A DNA stretch of 64,000 nt from Candidatus Scalinduaceae bacterium (GCA_046759445.1 JBHICG010000009.1:10927-74926), one strand, 5' to 3'. Counted from the stretch's first letter, positions 1 to 10,327 are shown. Notes: a model not told the origin generated them from the sequence alone. A program made the numbers and translations.

Positions 1-1143
1 AGGATGATCACTCGGCAGACCAGACTCTGAAAGCGCCAAAATTGTCAATGGTGTATCCCATACAGGTGATACACAGGGCTGCATGTGCAATGTGTCTTTA
101 TCATGCACTTCAAGTTTTTCAATCTCTAACATGGCCTTTTTTAAAGCAGGATGTTCATCCTTATAACCAAGGCATTTCATGGCTATTGCAGAATTAACCA
201 TACCAGGCCATATCGCACCCAGGCCTCCAGATTTTTCTAAACGCTGTAAAATCCACTTTTCTGCCTTTTCAACGGCAACTTTCCTTAAAGGCGTAAAAGG
301 TTGCCTTTCATAACGTCTAAGGATTGTGTCTATATTTACAAAAACGTTCTTTATCGAGAACTTACCTTGATCTCTGGCCAGTCGATAACTCACCTTGTCC
401 TTAGGTATTACATACAACTCATCCAGTGCCGCATTTCCACCAACATTACAACTTGGCTTCATTGCCATAATTATACCTAAAGGAACTACTATGCACCTTG
501 ACCAATAGGACATCTCATAAATGTTAAAATAAAACGAATTTGGTAGAAGAATTATTTCTATTGGCAATGCTGGTATCCCTAGCCAATCAAATTGCCCGAA
601 AATGGCGAGGTATATCTTTGTAAATGTATTTGATCTCATTATCCCACCCATTTTTAGAATACATTGCCTGGCTTTTCTCATAAATGGTTCTTCTTTTGAA
701 TAACCTGCTAATTTCAGGGCAAAATAGCATTTTACTGAAACGCTTATGTCACTGGGACCTTTATAGTAAATATTCCATCCGCCGTCCTTTTGTTGTGATT
801 CTATTAGGTAATTGGCTGCCTTTTCTTGTTTTACAATATCAACACATTTCATAAAATTCACTAACATCATATATTCGGCAGTTAATGCTATGTCACCCTC
901 TAATTCACCAATCCAGAATCCCTCTCTCTTGTCCTGTTCTCTGAGTAAATTGTATTGTGTTTCTTTAATGGCCAAATCCAGTTTATTTCCCGAAGATAAC
1001 TCATCTATTTTCTCTCTAAGTGTTCTTTCGAAACAAAGATGATCAGGAACAACTTCAGGTATATGACGTCCGTTTCTGCCATTCAAAAACTTATAGCTAA
1101 CCTTATCTATCTTGTCGATAAATTCAAGCAATGGATTAATCAT
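1..1143 (-). CDS. shc: Squalene-hopene cyclase, 5' part (runs off the left edge)
   Basis: Hand translation from ATG 1143: MINPLLEFIDK...EGFWIGELEGDIALTAEYMM...QQKDGGWNIYYKGPSDISVSVKCYFALKLAG, matching the SHC N-terminus and QW-repeat region. Not in the ORF track because it has no stop inside the window. Confidence 0.92.
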   Translation of the reverse strand, partial: MINPLLEFIDKIDKVSYKFLNGRNGRHIPEVVPDHLCFERTLREKIDELSSGNKLDLAIKETQYNLLREQDKREGFWIGELEGDIALTAEYMMLVNFMKCVDIVKQEKAANYLIESQQKDGGWNIYYKGPSDISVSVKCYFALKLAGYSKEEPFMRKARQCILKMGGIMRSNTFTKIYLAIFGQFDWLGIPALPIEIILLPNSFYFNIYEMSYWSRCIVVPLGIIMAMKPSCNVGGNAALDELYVIPKDKVSYRLARDQGKFSIKNVFVNIDTILRRYERQPFTPLRKVAVEKAEKWILQRLEKSGGLGAIWPGMVNSAIAMKCLGYKDEHPALKKAMLEIEKLEVHDKDTLHMQPCVSPVWDTPLTILALSESGLPSDHP

Positions 1144-1275
1144 TTCACATATCTACCATTATATTCCAGGATTTAAAATATAATTTGTTAAAATCAAACG
1201 TTCAGGAATATATAATATTTTTGGAATATTTTCAAGTAAAATCTTTCGCATTACATTAAACATTTGTATTATATC

Positions 1276-1303
1276 TTGACATAAGATTCAGCTTAATTAC
1301 AAT
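1276..1303 (+). promoter_or_regulatory. Candidate sigma70 promoter for ogg
   Basis: TTGACA (1276-1281), 16-nt spacer, TACAAT (1298-1303). Confidence 0.45.
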
Positions 1304-1470
1304 ATGTAGTATGTTTATGTAAGAGTCTTCAATGATAATATTTGTGAAATTAGCTTAAAGATTTATTTTAATATTTATTCTCTACTAACACCCTCACCGT
1401 TGGTGAGGATTTTGGCTAATAAACAATTGGAAATTTAAATAATGTTTAACTTAACCTATCAATAAATAAT

Positions 1471-2325
1471 ATGGGCAACTTAAAAACACATGATTTTAAT
1501 TTAAAATATACGTTGGAAAGTGGACAAATTTTTAGAATTAAAAAAGTCGACGACTGGTATTATTTGAATGCACAAGATAAATTTATTAAGATTAAACAAA
1601 TTAAAAATGAACTAGAATTTTATGGTGTTGGCAAAACATTTATCATTCGTTTTTTCTCCCTGAATGAAAATCTCCCAAAAATACTTAAGGAAATAAACAG
1701 AGACACACACATAGGAAAGGCAATTGCCAAATACCGAGGGCTGAGAATCATCAAGCAAGAACCCTGGGAATGCTTGATATCTTTTATGTGTTCTTCCGCG
1801 TCAAATATTCCAAGGATAAAATCAAAACTTAATGCACTATCAGAATATTTTGGCAAAAAGCTTTTATTCGATGGTCATAAAAGTTATACATTCCCATTAC
1901 CTGGCAAAATTAATGACTTCAAGAAAATCATGGATGCAAAAACCGGGTTTCGTGCAGAATACATTTTTGAGGCAAATAATACTATAGATATTAAACAACT
2001 AAATTCATTAAGAACTAAATCATATGAATACGCAAATGACGAACTAAAGAAAATAAAAGGAATAGGAGACAAAGTAGCCGATTGCATTTTACTCTTCTCT
2101 CTTGGTTTCTATCAGGCATTTCCAGTAGATACCTGGATAAAGAAAATAATACAATTGTTGTATTTTAACAATAATATTGTGCCAAACAATAAAATCAGAG
2201 AATTCGGAATGGATTATTTTGGTAGACATGCTGGCTATGCCCAACAATATTTATATTTATATTCCAGGAATATTAAAAGAGATGATTATCAGGAATTCAT
2301 TTCTAACAAAACGAAATATACTTGA
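1471..2325 (+). CDS. ogg: 8-oxoguanine DNA glycosylase (HhH-GPD family)
   Basis: LESGQIFR, QEPWECLISFMCS, HhH motif IKGIGDKVADCILLFSL, FPVDTW, AGYAQQYLY. Confidence 0.9.
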   Translation: MGNLKTHDFNLKYTLESGQIFRIKKVDDWYYLNAQDKFIKIKQIKNELEFYGVGKTFIIRFFSLNENLPKILKEINRDTHIGKAIAKYRGLRIIKQEPWECLISFMCSSASNIPRIKSKLNALSEYFGKKLLFDGHKSYTFPLPGKINDFKKIMDAKTGFRAEYIFEANNTIDIKQLNSLRTKSYEYANDELKKIKGIGDKVADCILLFSLGFYQAFPVDTWIKKIIQLLYFNNNIVPNNKIREFGMDYFGRHAGYAQQYLYLYSRNIKRDDYQEFISNKTKYT

Positions 2326-2432
2326 CTTTTAAAGGTTAGCTGAAAAAGTCTTTATGCAAATATAACAGATATAAGAACTACTTTGAATGACATAATGCAT
2401 GGTATTAATATATTGAATGTAAAAAACAAGAC

Positions 2433-3899
2433 ATGAATGAAAAGTTAATATTTGAAAAGACATCACCAGGGCGTACGGCATATTCTTTACCTGATTGTGA
2501 TGTTCCCGCAAAACCAATTGAAGAACTTATACCCAAACGGCTTTTAAGAAAAAAAATAGCCGAACTACCTGAATTAACTGAGATTGACGTTACAAGACAT
2601 TTTACAAGGTTATCTCAGCTAAACTTTAGTATAGACACCAATTTTTATCCGCTTGGTTCATGTACGATGAAATACAATCCAAAGGTTAATGAAGACATTA
2701 GTAAGTACGACGGATTTACCAACCTACACCCTTATCAAAACCAAGAACAATGCCAGGGAATTCTTCACATTCTACACAAAACTGAAAAGTCTCTTACCGA
2801 AATATGTGGTATGGATGCATTCACTCTGCAACCTTCTGCCGGCGCACACGGTGAACTAGCGGGTATGTTAATATCTCGGGCTTACCATCTGAAAAATGGC
2901 AGGATGAGGAAAAAAATAATCATTCCAGACTCTGCACACGGAACAAATCCTGCATCGGCAGCAATGTGTGGCTTTGATGTTGAAGTTGTAAAATCAAACA
3001 GGCATGGTCTCATTGACACAGAAGCATTAAAGGAGATCATTGATGATGATGTTGCTGCATTGATGCTAACCAATCCAAATACTCTCGGTTTATTTGAAAA
3101 AGACATCATAAAAATTGCCGAAATTGTACATAACGTAGACGCGTTACTGTACATGGATGGTGCAAACATGAATGCTCTTATTGGAATTACAAGACCTGGA
3201 GATATGGGGGTAGATATATTACACCTTAATCTTCACAAGACCTTTTCCACTCCACATGGTGGAGGAGGTCCTGGCTCAGGTCCATTAGGAGTAGTAAAAA
3301 AACTTATACCTTTTCTACCAATTCCAAGGATTGTGATAGTTGATGGTTCATATAAATGGCAATACAACTTTCCTGAATCAATAGGACAAGTAAAGGCTTT
3401 TTATGGTAATGTAGGCGTTATCATAAAAGCATATGCATTCTTACTTTCAGTTGGGAATGAAGGGCTTAGGAGGATTGGAGAAAACGCAATTATCAACGCC
3501 AATTATCTCCTAAAGAGACTCTCCCGTCATATTGAAATACCTTATGGAGAAAGGTGTATGCATGAGTTTGTAGCATCTACAAAGAAAGTAGATGGTGTTA
3601 CGACACCGGATTTTGCTAAGAGACTTCTGGACTATGGATTCCATGCACCAACTATATATTTTCCATTGATAGTAGAAGAAGCTCTCATGATTGAACCAAC
3701 GGAAACAGAAACAAAAGAAACATTAGACGAATTCGTAGAAGCTATGATCAAAATCCTGGAAGAATCCGTAAATGACCAGGAATTGTTAAAGAACGCCCCA
3801 CATACAACACCAGTATCAAGGATTAACGAAGTGCAAGCCGCCAGAAAACCAAATTTAAAATGGCAAAAAAACAAAGGAGATAACGCACCGTCTAAATAA
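2433..3899 (+). CDS. gcvPB: Glycine dehydrogenase (decarboxylating) subunit 2
   Basis: FYPLGSCTMKYNP, SAHGTNPASA, PLP-lysine motif HLNLHKTFSTPHGGGGPGSGP, MIEPTETE. Confidence 0.96.
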   Translation: MNEKLIFEKTSPGRTAYSLPDCDVPAKPIEELIPKRLLRKKIAELPELTEIDVTRHFTRLSQLNFSIDTNFYPLGSCTMKYNPKVNEDISKYDGFTNLHPYQNQEQCQGILHILHKTEKSLTEICGMDAFTLQPSAGAHGELAGMLISRAYHLKNGRMRKKIIIPDSAHGTNPASAAMCGFDVEVVKSNRHGLIDTEALKEIIDDDVAALMLTNPNTLGLFEKDIIKIAEIVHNVDALLYMDGANMNALIGITRPGDMGVDILHLNLHKTFSTPHGGGGPGSGPLGVVKKLIPFLPIPRIVIVDGSYKWQYNFPESIGQVKAFYGNVGVIIKAYAFLLSVGNEGLRRIGENAIINANYLLKRLSRHIEIPYGERCMHEFVASTKKVDGVTTPDFAKRLLDYGFHAPTIYFPLIVEEALMIEPTETETKETLDEFVEAMIKILEESVNDQELLKNAPHTTPVSRINEVQAARKPNLKWQKNKGDNAPSK

Positions 3900-3972
3900 T
3901 CAGTTAAAACGTGTATTTAGGATTAATGCAATTAACTTCATTTTTTTGCATTTCCAGGACAATTCCTACCAC

Positions 3973-5052
3973 CTATCGGTTAAAGCGTACCACTACCACA
4001 TCTCCATCCCGTACTTCGTATGTCTTGCCCTCTATGCGTTGTTTGCCTGCCTTGGCCGCAGCGGCTTCACTGCCGAGTTCAACCAAATCATCGTAGGTAA
4101 TTACCTCCATCCTGATAAACCCCTTTTCCATATCCGTATGTATCTTACCAGCAGCTGTAGGTGCCTTGTCACCTTTATGGCAAGTCCAAACGTGGACTTC
4201 CTTTTCTCCAGCAGTAAAGAAGTTAACCAAGCCCAATATCAGATTTGCTGAACAGAGCAACCGTTCCATTGACGATTCCGCTAAGCCAAGATCCTTCAGA
4301 AAAACCTGCTGGTCCTCCGGTTCGAGCTGACTAATCTCAGCTTCATCCCTACCACACACTGTTACCATCTCGGAACCTTCGGCGTCAGCGATTGACTGGA
4401 GCACCTTCACATAACGATTGTTGGCATCATCTATGGATTTTATATTAGCAATGTAAAGCACTGGCTTAAAGGATAATAGATTACACTCGAGTACACTTGA
4501 CAATTCATGTTCATTCATGCCCTGTTTGCGTGCGGGTATTCCTTCTTCGAGGTTAGCTCTTATCTTTTCACAGTCAGTCACCTCACGGGCAACATTTTTA
4601 TCGCCTTTGCGTGCCTTTTTAGTCAACCTGTTTATTTTATTCTGCAGGGTTTGACTATCAGCAACTATTAGTTCTAAATCCATAGTCTCAACATCACGCA
4701 CAGGGTCTATGGTATCGTATTCAAACGGAACGTTATCGTCCTTGAAGCATCGTACAACGTGCAATAATGCTTCGACGTCTTTGATATGACCCAGCAGTTT
4801 GGTACCATGCCCTTCCCCTGCGGTCGAACCAGCTTTGAGACCTGGAATATCTACAACTTCAAGAGTTGCAGGAACCACTTTTGGGGGGTTGTATATCTTT
4901 ACCAGTGCCTGTATGCGAGGATCTGGTACGTTGACGATAGCACGGTTCATCTCTGTACCATCATAACTTGCAGCCCCAGCGGCGGTGATTGCATTTAAGA
5001 TAGTAGTTTTACCACAACTGGGAAGACCCACCAAGCCACAACTCAGCCCCAT
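3973..5052 (-). CDS. ychF: YchF/OLA1-family ATPase (divergent)
   Basis: GLVGLPSCGKT P-loop, VDIPGL, HVVRCF, FFTAGEKEV, AAGKIHTDMEKGFIR, EGKTYEVRDGDVV. Confidence 0.88.
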   Translation of the reverse strand: MGLSCGLVGLPSCGKTTILNAITAAGAASYDGTEMNRAIVNVPDPRIQALVKIYNPPKVVPATLEVVDIPGLKAGSTAGEGHGTKLLGHIKDVEALLHVVRCFKDDNVPFEYDTIDPVRDVETMDLELIVADSQTLQNKINRLTKKARKGDKNVAREVTDCEKIRANLEEGIPARKQGMNEHELSSVLECNLLSFKPVLYIANIKSIDDANNRYVKVLQSIADAEGSEMVTVCGRDEAEISQLEPEDQQVFLKDLGLAESSMERLLCSANLILGLVNFFTAGEKEVHVWTCHKGDKAPTAAGKIHTDMEKGFIRMEVITYDDLVELGSEAAAAKAGKQRIEGKTYEVRDGDVVVVRFNR

Positions 5053-5145
5053 AATAATATCCCTTCTAAAAAGCCCGGGTAAATAATCTCTTTATTTAGC
5101 CCTTCCGGTTTTATGAAACTAAAAAATTTCCAAAAATACTAGCAC

Positions 5146-5751
5146 TCATAATGCCTCCTGGAGTGCACGATACGATTCCAATAGTAAAAGCTCTACTTTG
5201 TCCCAGTCGCATAACTTGCCACCCTTGTCACGTATATGAGCCGCTTTTGCTCGTAGAAGTCCAGCCTTCTCATAATCCTGTTGACTCTTACCAAAAAGTA
5301 AAGCGTAAAGCCTCGCAATCCTTCTCCCAACCTCCTCAGGGCTATCAATTCCAGGAGTACGACGGGCTACCCACCAATCTAGTTCAGCATAAGCAGCTTC
5401 CTTCGGGTTGAAGGATACTCCCCATATCTTCTTAAGTCGTGTGTATGCCAATTCAAGATCTGGGATCACCATAGTTTTATAGTTGCTTTTAATCTTTTCA
5501 AACTTCATGGTTGCACGTGCGAGAGGTTCTCCAACATCCATCGCTTCCAATAGAGATATATTAAATTGGCTACGCAGGAGTTTTACCAATTCCTGCCAAA
5601 GAGCTCTGTGATTATCTGCGTAATAAGCCTTCCACATGCGAACTTCAGCAGTAGCAACTCTATCAGGATCAATAGAGAGGCTTGTTAACCATACTGTTTA
5701 TGCTAAAAACAAGCTCAGCAACATCCCACTCACTGAAATTATCCTTTTCAT
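5146..5751 (-). pseudogene. Exported hypothetical protein interrupted by an in-frame TAA
   Basis: ATG 5751 gives MKRIISVSGMLLSLFLA* (TAA at 5698-5700), then TVWLTSLSIDPDRVATAEVR continues in frame into the 163-aa ORF MWKAYY... (5146-5637). Confidence 0.55.
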
Positions 5752-5886
5752 AACATTTAGATTATCCCATACTTTAAGTCTATACATGTGTCTATTTATT
5801 CTTTTATTCTTTTATTTTTTTATTTTTTTATGTATAAGATTCCCATATATCACGTAAATATGTATTCAGCAATTAATGTTTTATAT

Positions 5887-6056
5887 AATTAGTTTCTGTT
5901 GCGGAAAGCTTATATTGTCACCCTGAACTCGTTTCAGGGTCTCTTAACACATTGATATATATAGATTCTGACCCCCATAGCTTCCTTGCGTAAGCTAGGA
6001 ATGGGGGCAGAATGACATCTTTTTTATATTTAAGCTTTCCACAACAGATACTAATT
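5887..6056. mobile_element. MITE-like element, family 1, copy 1
   Basis: Terminal inverted repeats AATTAGTTTCTGTTGCGGAAAGCTTA / TAAGCTTTCCACAACAGATACTAATT enclosing a GTCA...AATGAC palindromic core; related copy at 60639-60837. Confidence 0.75.
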
Positions 6057-6081
6057 GAATTTTGGGTAAGCTTTTTCTGCA

Positions 6082-6489
6082 TTAAGCCTCTGTCTTTTTC
6101 TTAAAAAACAACCATTGCTTCTCGCCAGCTTTTGGAAACCTTACCAGACAGAAGTTACCTTTGAGTTTCTTACCCTTAATCGCAAATATAATCTTATTCT
6201 TCGAACGTTCTGTCAAATCGAATGTCCCGTTATCCCATATATTGACCTGGCCTGCACCATAATGTCCTTCTTCAATCTCGCCTTCAAAGTCAACGTAATC
6301 TATGTCATGGTCTTCTACCTGTATAGCAAGATATTTCTTTCCCGGAATCTTGCCAGGTTCCTTTGGGATTGCCCAGCTTTTCAGTACTCCATCCAGTTCT
6401 AACCTAAGATCCCAGTGAAGGTGTCTGGCATGGTGTTCCTGAATGACAAATCTATTCAACCCTGTGAATTTATTCTCTTCTGCTTTCAT
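6082..6489 (-). CDS. Stand-alone LigD 3'-phosphoesterase domain protein
   Basis: FVIQEHHARHLHWDLRLE, LKSWAIPK, LAIQVEDH, FEGEI, YGAGQVNIWDNG. Confidence 0.9.
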   Translation of the reverse strand: MKAEENKFTGLNRFVIQEHHARHLHWDLRLELDGVLKSWAIPKEPGKIPGKKYLAIQVEDHDIDYVDFEGEIEEGHYGAGQVNIWDNGTFDLTERSKNKIIFAIKGKKLKGNFCLVRFPKAGEKQWLFFKKKTEA

Positions 6490-6553
6490 TAAAATAGAAT
6501 ATAATGCTTAGGACATATTTCAGATTTGCATATTAGAAATAGTTTACGCTATA

Positions 6554-6985
6554 ATGAAGTTAATAATGAACGCCCACCATGAAAACAATTCGGATATAGT
6601 TGCAATATATAACAAGCTCGATATAGCACTTTCTAAAATTAATCCAGGTTGCCATTCATGCGGTACATGCTGTCATTTTGATATATTTGGTCACGAATTA
6701 TATGCATCAACAATTGAGGCAAACTATATCTTAAGAAACGTTGATGTACCACCTTTTGATACTGACCAGAGTACGTGTCCTTTCCTCATAAACAAGAAGT
6801 GTACCATTAGAGAATATAGAACACTTGGATGCCGAGTATTCTTCTGCAATCCCCAATATAAAGAAACTTCGCAGGATATATATAATAAATACTATAAAAT
6901 GATCAAAGATATAGCAATTAGAAATCAAATCGAGTGGCATTATGCACCTATGTTGAAATTGCTTACTACACAAACGATATTATAG
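6554..6985 (+). CDS. YkgJ-family cysteine-cluster protein
   Basis: CHSCGTCC, CPFL...CTIREYRTLGCRVFFC. Confidence 0.8.
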   Translation: MKLIMNAHHENNSDIVAIYNKLDIALSKINPGCHSCGTCCHFDIFGHELYASTIEANYILRNVDVPPFDTDQSTCPFLINKKCTIREYRTLGCRVFFCNPQYKETSQDIYNKYYKMIKDIAIRNQIEWHYAPMLKLLTTQTIL

Positions 6986-7077
6986 TAAAGAAATCGCTGT
7001 AGCAAAGCTATGAATCGGGTGAAAAGTCATTTCCACAATCACTTCTCCACCATTTGTTTATCATTTGTGTCTGAGAT

Positions 7078-8280
7078 TCAGTAAGGGGTGAATTCCTTCC
7101 CTAAAATTTCTCTGCTAATTATCATCTTCATGATGTTCTGAGCCCCTTCTGCCCCGATTATATAAGAGGCTACACCCCTTAAACCCTTTTCAAGACCGGC
7201 TTCTTTGGTATATCCATATGCTCCATACCATATTAATACATCCTTTATAATATCAAAGGCCATTGTAGGCGCAATAAGTTTGGCTGAAGCCACGGCTTTA
7301 TTTATGTCTTTGTGGCTGAACCCGTTTTTTTTGGCGTACATCTGATCAAGCATCCACGCTGCTTTATAAACAAGCAATCTTGCGGATTCAAGTCTTGTAT
7401 AATTCTCCGCCAGTTGAAATTGTATTCCTTCATATTTAGCGAGAGAAACGCCGAATGCTCGTCTTTCTTTTAAATACTCCACTCCAGATTCTAAGGCTTT
7501 TTCGGCAGCGCCAATACATGCTGCAGATACCAGCGTCCTTGCACAATTAAAACCTTCCATGGCATAGTAAAAACCACAGTTCCATTCCCCTATGAGGTAA
7601 TGCGCGGGTATCGCCACATCTTTTATATTTATGGTGCCAGTAGATATTCCCTCTCTACCCATCTGCTTAAAGATACTGATAGTTACTCCTGTAATATCTT
7701 TTACGGGAAGGTAGCAAAGCGATATGCCTTTATGTTTGAGTTTCATATCTGTTTTTACGATTGTAACAAAACCTCCTCTATATTTTGCTGCTTCCCTGAC
7801 ACCGCTTATAAAGGTCTTTGCTCCATTTAGTATCAGTTTCTCATTCCTTCTCTCCATTTTAGTAGATACAGATGCAATATCAGAACCCCCGGATGCCTCA
7901 GTAGAAGCTATACCCAGAAACATTTCTCCTTTTGTTACGTCGGGGAGAATTTCATCTTTGACTCTCTTGTTTCCATATCTATCCATCAGGAAACCCCAAC
8001 CAGCTTCTACCAGATAATAAACAGCAGTGGCCATGCTCACATCTGCCCTGGCTATTTCCTCGGCTGCTATTGCTGCTGTAATAAAGTCTGCTCCTGCTCC
8101 ACCATACTCCTCCGAAATAGTTATGCCAAGAAGTCCTAAAGCTGCCATATCCTCCAGAACCTCATGAGGAATTTCTCCTTTCTCATCGATTACGCCAGCC
8201 TTTGGAGCAAGCTTTTTTTCACAAAATTCTCTCACTGACTTTCTAAATAATTCTTGTTCTTCAGTAAAGGAAAAATCCAC
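7078..8280 (-). CDS. Acyl-CoA dehydrogenase
   Basis: MDFSFTEEQELFR, EEYGGAG, ASTEASGGSD, LNGAKTFIS, RRAFG, YGAYGYTKE; GTG start with AGGAGG RBS. Confidence 0.93.
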   Translation of the reverse strand: MDFSFTEEQELFRKSVREFCEKKLAPKAGVIDEKGEIPHEVLEDMAALGLLGITISEEYGGAGADFITAAIAAEEIARADVSMATAVYYLVEAGWGFLMDRYGNKRVKDEILPDVTKGEMFLGIASTEASGGSDIASVSTKMERRNEKLILNGAKTFISGVREAAKYRGGFVTIVKTDMKLKHKGISLCYLPVKDITGVTISIFKQMGREGISTGTINIKDVAIPAHYLIGEWNCGFYYAMEGFNCARTLVSAACIGAAEKALESGVEYLKERRAFGVSLAKYEGIQFQLAENYTRLESARLLVYKAAWMLDQMYAKKNGFSHKDINKAVASAKLIAPTMAFDIIKDVLIWYGAYGYTKEAGLEKGLRGVASYIIGAEGAQNIMKMIISREILGKEFTPY

Positions 8281-8586
8281 AGTTATCCCTCCTTGACTTA
8301 AAGTGTTACTCTGAAAAATTATATATGGTATTATGCATCCACGAAGACATTACTGCCACCTAGATGCTGTTGTTGGCTGAGGTCTTAAAGTCTTCATATT
8401 TGAGCTCTTTACCTTCCGACCCTTAATATATTCCATGATAGCCTCTCGTATGCCTACTATTCAACCCTAAATAGTTTATAGATGATTGGGAATAATTTGG
8501 CTTGTACTTTATTATGAATGAAAAAATTATCAGATTTGAAACTAATTGAAAGGTGTGTATTCTCAAGCGAAAGCCTGTTTTCTAAC

Positions 8587-8679
8587 TGGCGGAGAGGCCG
8601 GGATTCGAACCCGGGGTCCCACTAACAGCAGGACAATGGGTTAGCAACCCACCGCTTTCAACCACTCAGCCACCTCTCC
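8587..8679 (-). tRNA. tRNA-Ser(GCT)
   Basis: Minus strand GGAGAGGTGGCTGAGTGG...GTGGG-TT-GCT-AA-CCCAT, long variable arm, GGTTCGAATCC, encoded CCA. Confidence 0.96.
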
Positions 8680-8735
8680 TAACGATGTCAGTTTTTGACT
8701 TGCTCTTATTAAATTGATATGCTTAGAATTTTTTA

Positions 8736-8827
8736 TGGCGGAGGGAGTAGGATTCGAACCCACGGTCCCGATTCCTCAGGACTGCAGTTTTCAAGACTGC
8801 CGCCTTCAACCACTCGGCCATCCCTCC
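8736..8827 (-). tRNA. tRNA-Ser(TGA)
   Basis: Minus strand GGAGGGATGGCCGAGTGG...GCAGT-CT-TGA-AA-ACTGC, long variable arm, GGTTCGAATCC, encoded CCA. Confidence 0.96.
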
Positions 8828-8881
8828 TGATAACTTCTACCAAGATTTACCGATTAAGTTGTAGTTATATAGCCCAAGCTA

Positions 8882-9307
8882 TTATAAGTTATCCAATTTA
8901 CATACTTCTTCAAGAACCTTTTTGGCCACATATATTGGTGTGTTCCTTTGCATAGCCAATGCGATAGCATCGCTTGGTCTTGAGTCAACCTCTAAATTAT
9001 TACCATTTTGATTTATGATTATTTTGGCATAAAAAGTATTATTTCTTAAATCACTTATTTCAACCCTTTCAATCCCACTACTCAGTTGCGTTATTATGTT
9101 TGCAAGCAAGTCATGCGTGAGCGGTCTTGGCGTTGGAATTCCTTTCACAGCTCTATCAATTGCCCATACTTCATGCAAACCTATGACAATTGGAAAACTC
9201 CTTTGGCCTTCCTTTTCTTTAAGGATAATTATCTGATGGTCGCTTGTTTCTGAAATCATTATCCTGGATAACTCCATGTGTATTAACATTCTATTCCCCT
9301 CTAACAC
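8882..9307 (-). CDS. Bifunctional nuclease family (DUF151) protein
   Basis: FPIVIGLHE, PRPLTHDL, FYAKI, VDSRPSDAIALA. Confidence 0.9.
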   Translation of the reverse strand: MLEGNRMLIHMELSRIMISETSDHQIIILKEKEGQRSFPIVIGLHEVWAIDRAVKGIPTPRPLTHDLLANIITQLSSGIERVEISDLRNNTFYAKIIINQNGNNLEVDSRPSDAIALAMQRNTPIYVAKKVLEEVCKLDNL

Positions 9308-9327
9308 ATATTTTTAATTCTGAAAAA

Positions 9328-9355
9328 ATTCTAACATACACAGTGCCTTTGTCAA
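9328..9355 (-). promoter_or_regulatory. Candidate sigma70 promoter for the DUF151/tRNA unit
   Basis: Minus strand TTGACA-N16-TAGAAT with a TGn extension. Confidence 0.5.
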
Positions 9356-9387
9356 CATTATTTTCAAGTACAGCAAAGTAAAACTTA

Positions 9388-9416
9388 TTGACACTATATA
9401 TATCGACTGCTATACT
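9388..9416 (+). promoter_or_regulatory. Candidate sigma70 promoter for the uppP operon
   Basis: TTGACA-N17-TATACT with a TGn extended -10; divergent from the promoter at 9328-9355. Confidence 0.6.
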
Positions 9417-9499
9417 CAAAAAGCTTTCTTTTAAACAAAAGAATTTCTTCTAAGTAATAAACAGAATACAGATTACGTAAATATTTTTTTTATTTAAGT

Positions 9500-10327
9500 T
9501 TGTTAATGATAACAAAAACCATAATCCTTGGCATCGTCCAGGGTTTAACAGAATTTCTACCAATTAGCAGTTCTGGCCACTTAGTAATTTTCAAAGAATT
9601 TCTGAATATTGACACTCAAGGCGCTATTTGGGAAATATCATTACATCTGGGTACTCTTTTTGCCATTTTTGGAGTGTTTTTCAAGGACATATACAATATA
9701 TTTAAAGATGTATGTCTATCATGTAAAAAGCTGGTTTATGGAGAAAGATTAATTAATATTTTTAGAAATGAAACCCATACTCGTTTTTTCCTTCTTGTCA
9801 TAATCGGCACAATACCGACAGCCCTTATAGCATTCTTTTTTAAAGATAAATATGAGAGTCTTTTTGATAAACCTGTATCAGCGGGCTTTATGTTACTTGT
9901 AACTGGCACAGTACTCTGGTTTACGAGAAAAAATTCAACCGTTAATAGTAATAAAAGGGATTTAAGTGTTTTTGATGCGTTATTAATCGGGACTGTACAG
10001 GGACTTGCAATAACTCCAGGAATATCCCGGTCAGGCACAACGATTGCCGCAGCCATTTTCAGGGGCGTTGACAGGGAATTTGCGGCAAGATTTTCCTTTC
10101 TGTTGGCAATACCAGCAATCCTGGGAGCAATGGCAATAATAATGAATGATACTCTAACCCTTAAAAACGGAGAACTTTCTCTTCTCATAATAGGTGGTAT
10201 TACAGCAGCAATAACGGGCTATGTCGCTTTACGTTTTTTAATAAAAATCATTACGATCGGCAAGCTTTATGTCTTTTCATACTATTGTTGGCCTGTAGGA
10301 TTATTTGCAATCCTGTTTTTCTTATGA
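9500..10327 (+). CDS. uppP: Undecaprenyl-diphosphate phosphatase
   Basis: GIVQGLTEFLPISSSGHL, PGISRSGTTI, ARFSFLLAIP. Confidence 0.96.
   Translation: MLMITKTIILGIVQGLTEFLPISSSGHLVIFKEFLNIDTQGAIWEISLHLGTLFAIFGVFFKDIYNIFKDVCLSCKKLVYGERLINIFRNETHTRFFLLVIIGTIPTALIAFFFKDKYESLFDKPVSAGFMLLVTGTVLWFTRKNSTVNSNKRDLSVFDALLIGTVQGLAITPGISRSGTTIAAAIFRGVDREFAARFSFLLAIPAILGAMAIIMNDTLTLKNGELSLLIIGGITAAITGYVALRFLIKIITIGKLYVFSYYCWPVGLFAILFFL

Noticed and set aside
8719..8955. 78-aa plus-strand ORF
   Set aside because: It is the antisense reading of tRNA-Ser(TGA) and the end of the DUF151 gene.
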